From an uncultured virus (IMG/VR IMGVR_UViG_3300030330_002762) (taxonomy: Duplodnaviria; Heunggongvirae; Uroviricota; Caudoviricetes), in the IMG/VR virus record IMGVR_UViG_3300030330_002762: a stretch of 20,000 bases of DNA. One strand, 5' to 3'. Made by a program: the position numbers and the translations under genes. Shown one piece after another: positions 17,495 through 20,000 of the stretch. The notes under the pieces were generated by a model. It was not told where the DNA came from. It was given only the letters and a program-made list of their open reading frames with translations, and did not search any database. Each line of letters starts with the position of its first letter. Position 1 is the first letter of the stretch.

Positions 17495-17772
17495 TGGCTT
17501 TTAAACAACTTAACAATCCTTTTAAAAAACAAAAAGGTGGGGGAACTAGAAAAGTTTGTTTACCCGCAGCTAAGGTTCGTAGTATGAGCCCTGAAGAAAG
17601 ACAAAAAGTTATAGCCGCAAAACAAACAGCAGGTAAAAAAGGTAAGTATAAAAGATCTAGTAAGAGTTTTATTAAAAACGTTCGTAAAAAAGGTGCTACA
17701 CTAAGAGACTGGTTTAAAAAAGAAAACTGGGTACAAGTAGGCAACCCAAGTAAAAAATGTGGAGAAAAATAA
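17494..17772 (+). CDS. Small basic protein with MAFK leader (92 aa)
   Basis: TAATG overlap; MAFKQLNNPFKK; motifs CLPAAK..SMS..ER and LRDWFKKENWV. Confidence 0.7.
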   Translation: MAFKQLNNPFKKQKGGGTRKVCLPAAKVRSMSPEERQKVIAAKQTAGKKGKYKRSSKSFIKNVRKKGATLRDWFKKENWVQVGNPSKKCGEK

Positions 17773-17778
17773 TTAATT

Positions 17779-18105
17779 ATGGCTTTTAAAATGAAAGGGT
17801 TCTCACCCTTCGATAAAATAGATAAATCTAAAATGGCTTGCAACAAGCCTAAGCGATCTCCTAAACCTCAAAAAAAGAAAGTTGTTAAAGCTTGCGAAGG
17901 AGGTAAAGAGAAAATTATACACTATGGTCATACTAGTTATGGGCATAACTATTCTGCTGCTGCTAGAAAAAGCTTTAGAGCTAGACATAAGTGTGATCAA
18001 AAGAAAAGTAAATTAACAGCTAGCTATTGGGCATGTAAAGATTTGTGGGCGGGTAAAGGTGGTTCAACAAAGGCTAATCCTAAAGGTGTTCGAGGTAAGT
18101 TTTAA
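17779..18105 (+). CDS. Small basic Cys/His protein with MAFKM leader (108 aa; RKSFRARHxC family)
   Basis: MAFKMKGFSPFDK; CNKP, KKKVVKAC, IHYG, ARKSFRARHKCD, ASYWAC: motif set I recall from marine phage proteins of unknown function. Confidence 0.72.
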   Translation: MAFKMKGFSPFDKIDKSKMACNKPKRSPKPQKKKVVKACEGGKEKIIHYGHTSYGHNYSAAARKSFRARHKCDQKKSKLTASYWACKDLWAGKGGSTKANPKGVRGKF

Positions 18106-18109
18106 TACT

Positions 18110-18193
18110 ATGTGTCCTTGTCCAATATGTACAACCGCTGCAATAGTTGGTTTAGTAATTTTTAAAATAGCAATAAAAAAAGGGAGCCGTTAA
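18110..18193 (+). CDS. Putative 27-aa micro-protein (CPCPIC + hydrophobic helix + basic tail; not in ORF track)
   Basis: MCPCPICTTAAIVGLVIFKIAIKKGSR*; starts 4 nt after the upstream stop, A at -3, stop lies in the terminator loop. Confidence 0.5.
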   Translation: MCPCPICTTAAIVGLVIFKIAIKKGSR

Positions 18194-18209
18194 GCTCCCT
18201 TTATTATTT
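18175..18209. terminator. Intrinsic terminator, probably bidirectional, between convergent gene blocks
   Basis: AGGGAGC-cgttaa-GCTCCCT hairpin (18181-18200) flanked by an A run on the left (U tract for - strand) and ttattattt on the right. Confidence 0.85.
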
Positions 18210-18387
18210 AAGAATTTTTCATTGCTTGAACCTCTTGTCTAACATTTTGTGCAACAGCCTTTATAGTCTGCATGTGTTTTCTAACTCTAGTTCCCGCGGA
18301 TTTGTTTCCACTATTAAACTTCATAGCTTCAGTTTCTGCGTTATACATTTCTTCTTTCATTGTGCCTATTAATTGTTCTAAACTCAT
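18208..18387 (-). CDS. Histone H1-like protein, Hc1 family (Bacteroidota type; not in ORF track)
   Basis: MSLEQLIGTMKEEMYNAETEAMKFNSGNKSAGTRVRKHMQTIKAVAQNVRQEVQAMKNS*; KF..GNK[SA]AGTR.RK is the Hc1 N-terminal domain signature. Confidence 0.85.
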   Translation of the reverse strand: MSLEQLIGTMKEEMYNAETEAMKFNSGNKSAGTRVRKHMQTIKAVAQNVRQEVQAMKNS

Positions 18388-18404
18388 ATTATAAAATTTT
18401 AAAA

Positions 18405-20000
18405 TTAAACTATTTCACAGGCTCCACCAGCGCAAGCTAACTCGCCTGATAAATCTGTGTTATCTTCAGCTTCAATAACTTTCGTTAAATCCACATTAGA
18501 TAATACTTTAGACATTTTATTGTATTTAGCTTCGTCAATGTCCTCAAACGGAGCCTGTGTGTATGTACCACCATCATATGGTAATACAGATAACCCATTG
18601 TAATATTCTCTATTCTCCCACATCCATTCACCTGCTTTTTTCCATTCATTCTCTTTTAAAGATATAGTTGCTGACACGTTGTGCGTGTTACTACCTCGCC
18701 TGTGACCAGGTCGTATCCACTCTTGTGCAACACGCTTAACTCTCTCAAGAGTATCAAATGGAGATTCAGTTCTAAGTATTGAACCATCAGGTGCTTTTTG
18801 TGGTATGGAAATAACAGCGGTATCATGAGGTCTGAAGTATTCATCTTCAATCAATTCCTTATGGTTATTTAATAAATACCCATATATAGCCTCATTCTTC
18901 CCCACGCGCATTCTACGGACATAATAATCATTATGCCAAGCATGAATACCCGAAGACGTTCCGAGGACCAGAGATGTTGTCCCTGCAGGTTTTACAGTTG
19001 TACATCTAGCTGATGAATTAATCCCTATTAGTTTCGCTACTCGTGCGTTTTCCTTTGTCACGATATTTGCAGCGGCCTTCATATCCATTTGGAGCACAGC
19101 GGCACTCCCGATTCCTGTCATTGACACACCTATAAGAGCGTCTTTTTCTGTTGTTTCTTTCCATATTTCTCTAAGATAGTGGAAGTCAGTATATCCAGCT
19201 TGTAACGTTCCTATAAACGCTGCGGCCTTAACTCTGTTATTAAAATCTTCTTGATCTTTAATATCAGATACATTAACTTCACAAAGGTTACAGAACTGAA
19301 AAGGCCTAAGTGCTATCTCACAGCAAGGGTTTGTACCCCAATCTTTGTCATTGTTAAGATATATACCAGGCTCTCCAGCTCCAGATAATTCAACTCGCTT
19401 CCATAAGTCCATAAAAAACTCTTTTGTTATTTTATGTCTCATTAAAACAGCTGAGTTGTTTGATCTACCTCTTTGTGGGTTGGTTTCCCACCAATTACCA
19501 GACTTACAAGATATCATATCATCATCAGTAGCAGTAAACAAACTAATTAAAGCAGCTCGTCTAATACCACCAGCTAATACAGCATCGGCTATGTGACATA
19601 TAATATCATGTACTTCTAGTGATGTAAGTGTTGAACCATCTTCCTTTGCTTCTAAAATACCTTCAACTTTTATTAAACATTCTTTCAAAGGCTGTGGACC
19701 AGGTGCTTTACCACCTGATGTCACTAGCCTAGCACCTTTAGGTCTGATGTCAGTGTAATCAAATATTATTCTTGAAGATCTTTTTTCTCCAAGATAAGAT
19801 CTCATTAATACTTTTACAGCATCAGACCAACCTTCAATTGAATCACCTATAACAAACCTTCTAGTTCTAAACTTAAAGGGCTGCATTATGAAAGGTAACT
19901 TTTTTATATGGTGCTGTTGAACTGAATATCCAACTCCACATCCTGATAACAATAGAAACATTATCTCGTTGAAAGCATCTAAGCTATCAACAGGTAAATA
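18405..20000 (-). CDS. nrdJ: Class II (adenosylcobalamin-dependent) ribonucleotide reductase, 5'-truncated by the window
   Basis: GxGVGYSV, GGIRRAA, TNPCCEI, FCNLCEV, TTVKPAGTTS and C-terminal ACAGGACE; the frame stays open upstream of 19961 to the edge (YLPVDSLDAFNEI-MFLLL), so the real start is outside. Confidence 0.9.
   Translation of the reverse strand, partial: YLPVDSLDAFNEIMFLLLSGCGVGYSVQQHHIKKLPFIMQPFKFRTRRFVIGDSIEGWSDAVKVLMRSYLGEKRSSRIIFDYTDIRPKGARLVTSGGKAPGPQPLKECLIKVEGILEAKEDGSTLTSLEVHDIICHIADAVLAGGIRRAALISLFTATDDDMISCKSGNWWETNPQRGRSNNSAVLMRHKITKEFFMDLWKRVELSGAGEPGIYLNNDKDWGTNPCCEIALRPFQFCNLCEVNVSDIKDQEDFNNRVKAAAFIGTLQAGYTDFHYLREIWKETTEKDALIGVSMTGIGSAAVLQMDMKAAANIVTKENARVAKLIGINSSARCTTVKPAGTTSLVLGTSSGIHAWHNDYYVRRMRVGKNEAIYGYLLNNHKELIEDEYFRPHDTAVISIPQKAPDGSILRTESPFDTLERVKRVAQEWIRPGHRRGSNTHNVSATISLKENEWKKAGEWMWENREYYNGLSVLPYDGGTYTQAPFEDIDEAKYNKMSKVLSNVDLTKVIEAEDNTDLSGELACAGGACEIV

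Noticed and set aside
986..18000. Minus-strand ORFs in the track (986, 2682, 3117, 3966, 4302, 5643, 7807, 9399, 10134, 12298, 12668, 14478, 14852, 15030, 16933, 17412, 17803)
   Set aside because: Antisense shadows of well-supported + strand genes, with the F/L/I/S-rich composition expected from reverse-complemented A-rich codons and no motifs.
18656..19596. ORFs 18656-18850 (-) and 19345-19596 (+)
   Set aside because: Nested in or antisense to nrdJ, with no independent features.
19959..19961. ATG at 19961 as the nrdJ start
   Set aside because: The frame is open to the window edge and continues with RNR-like sequence; the N-terminal part lies outside.
1..20000. Stop-codon reassignment, CRISPR array, tRNA/rRNA, IS elements, introns/inteins
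   Set aside because: The standard code gives near-complete coding density with almost all TAA stops; no spaced repeats, no intergenic room for RNA genes, and no transposase or splicing motifs seen.

Overview
AT-rich, gene-dense segment of a tailed dsDNA phage, most likely infecting marine or aquatic Bacteroidota (Flavobacteria-like). Host evidence: no Shine-Dalgarno sites but A at -3 of most starts checked, signal peptides followed by Gln, an Hc1-type histone-like protein and a T9SS-like sorting tail. Positions 1-18193 form one tightly packed + strand late block: (i) putative internal virion/ejected proteins, including a 2595-aa polyvalent protein with HExxH, sigma-region-2-like, HAD-phosphatase and Zn-knuckle modules; (ii) a tail/fibre module with an embedded GAMT/Rmt2-like methyltransferase and a DUF5675 protein; (iii) an envelope-directed cassette (outer-membrane beta-barrel, LDL-A-like protein with a T9SS-like tail, single-TM protein, Cys-less thioredoxin fold); (iv) a run of small Lys/Arg-rich proteins, several sharing an N-terminal 'MAFK...[SNT]P[FIN]xK' leader, plus a PAP2 phosphatase. 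A hairpin terminator at ~18175-18209 separates this from a convergent - strand block (Hc1-like protein, class II ribonucleotide reductase running off the window). The best novelty candidates are the shared leader on unrelated small basic proteins (possible capsid-loading or processing tag) and the surface-display cassette. All family assignments are motif recognition by eye, not database results.
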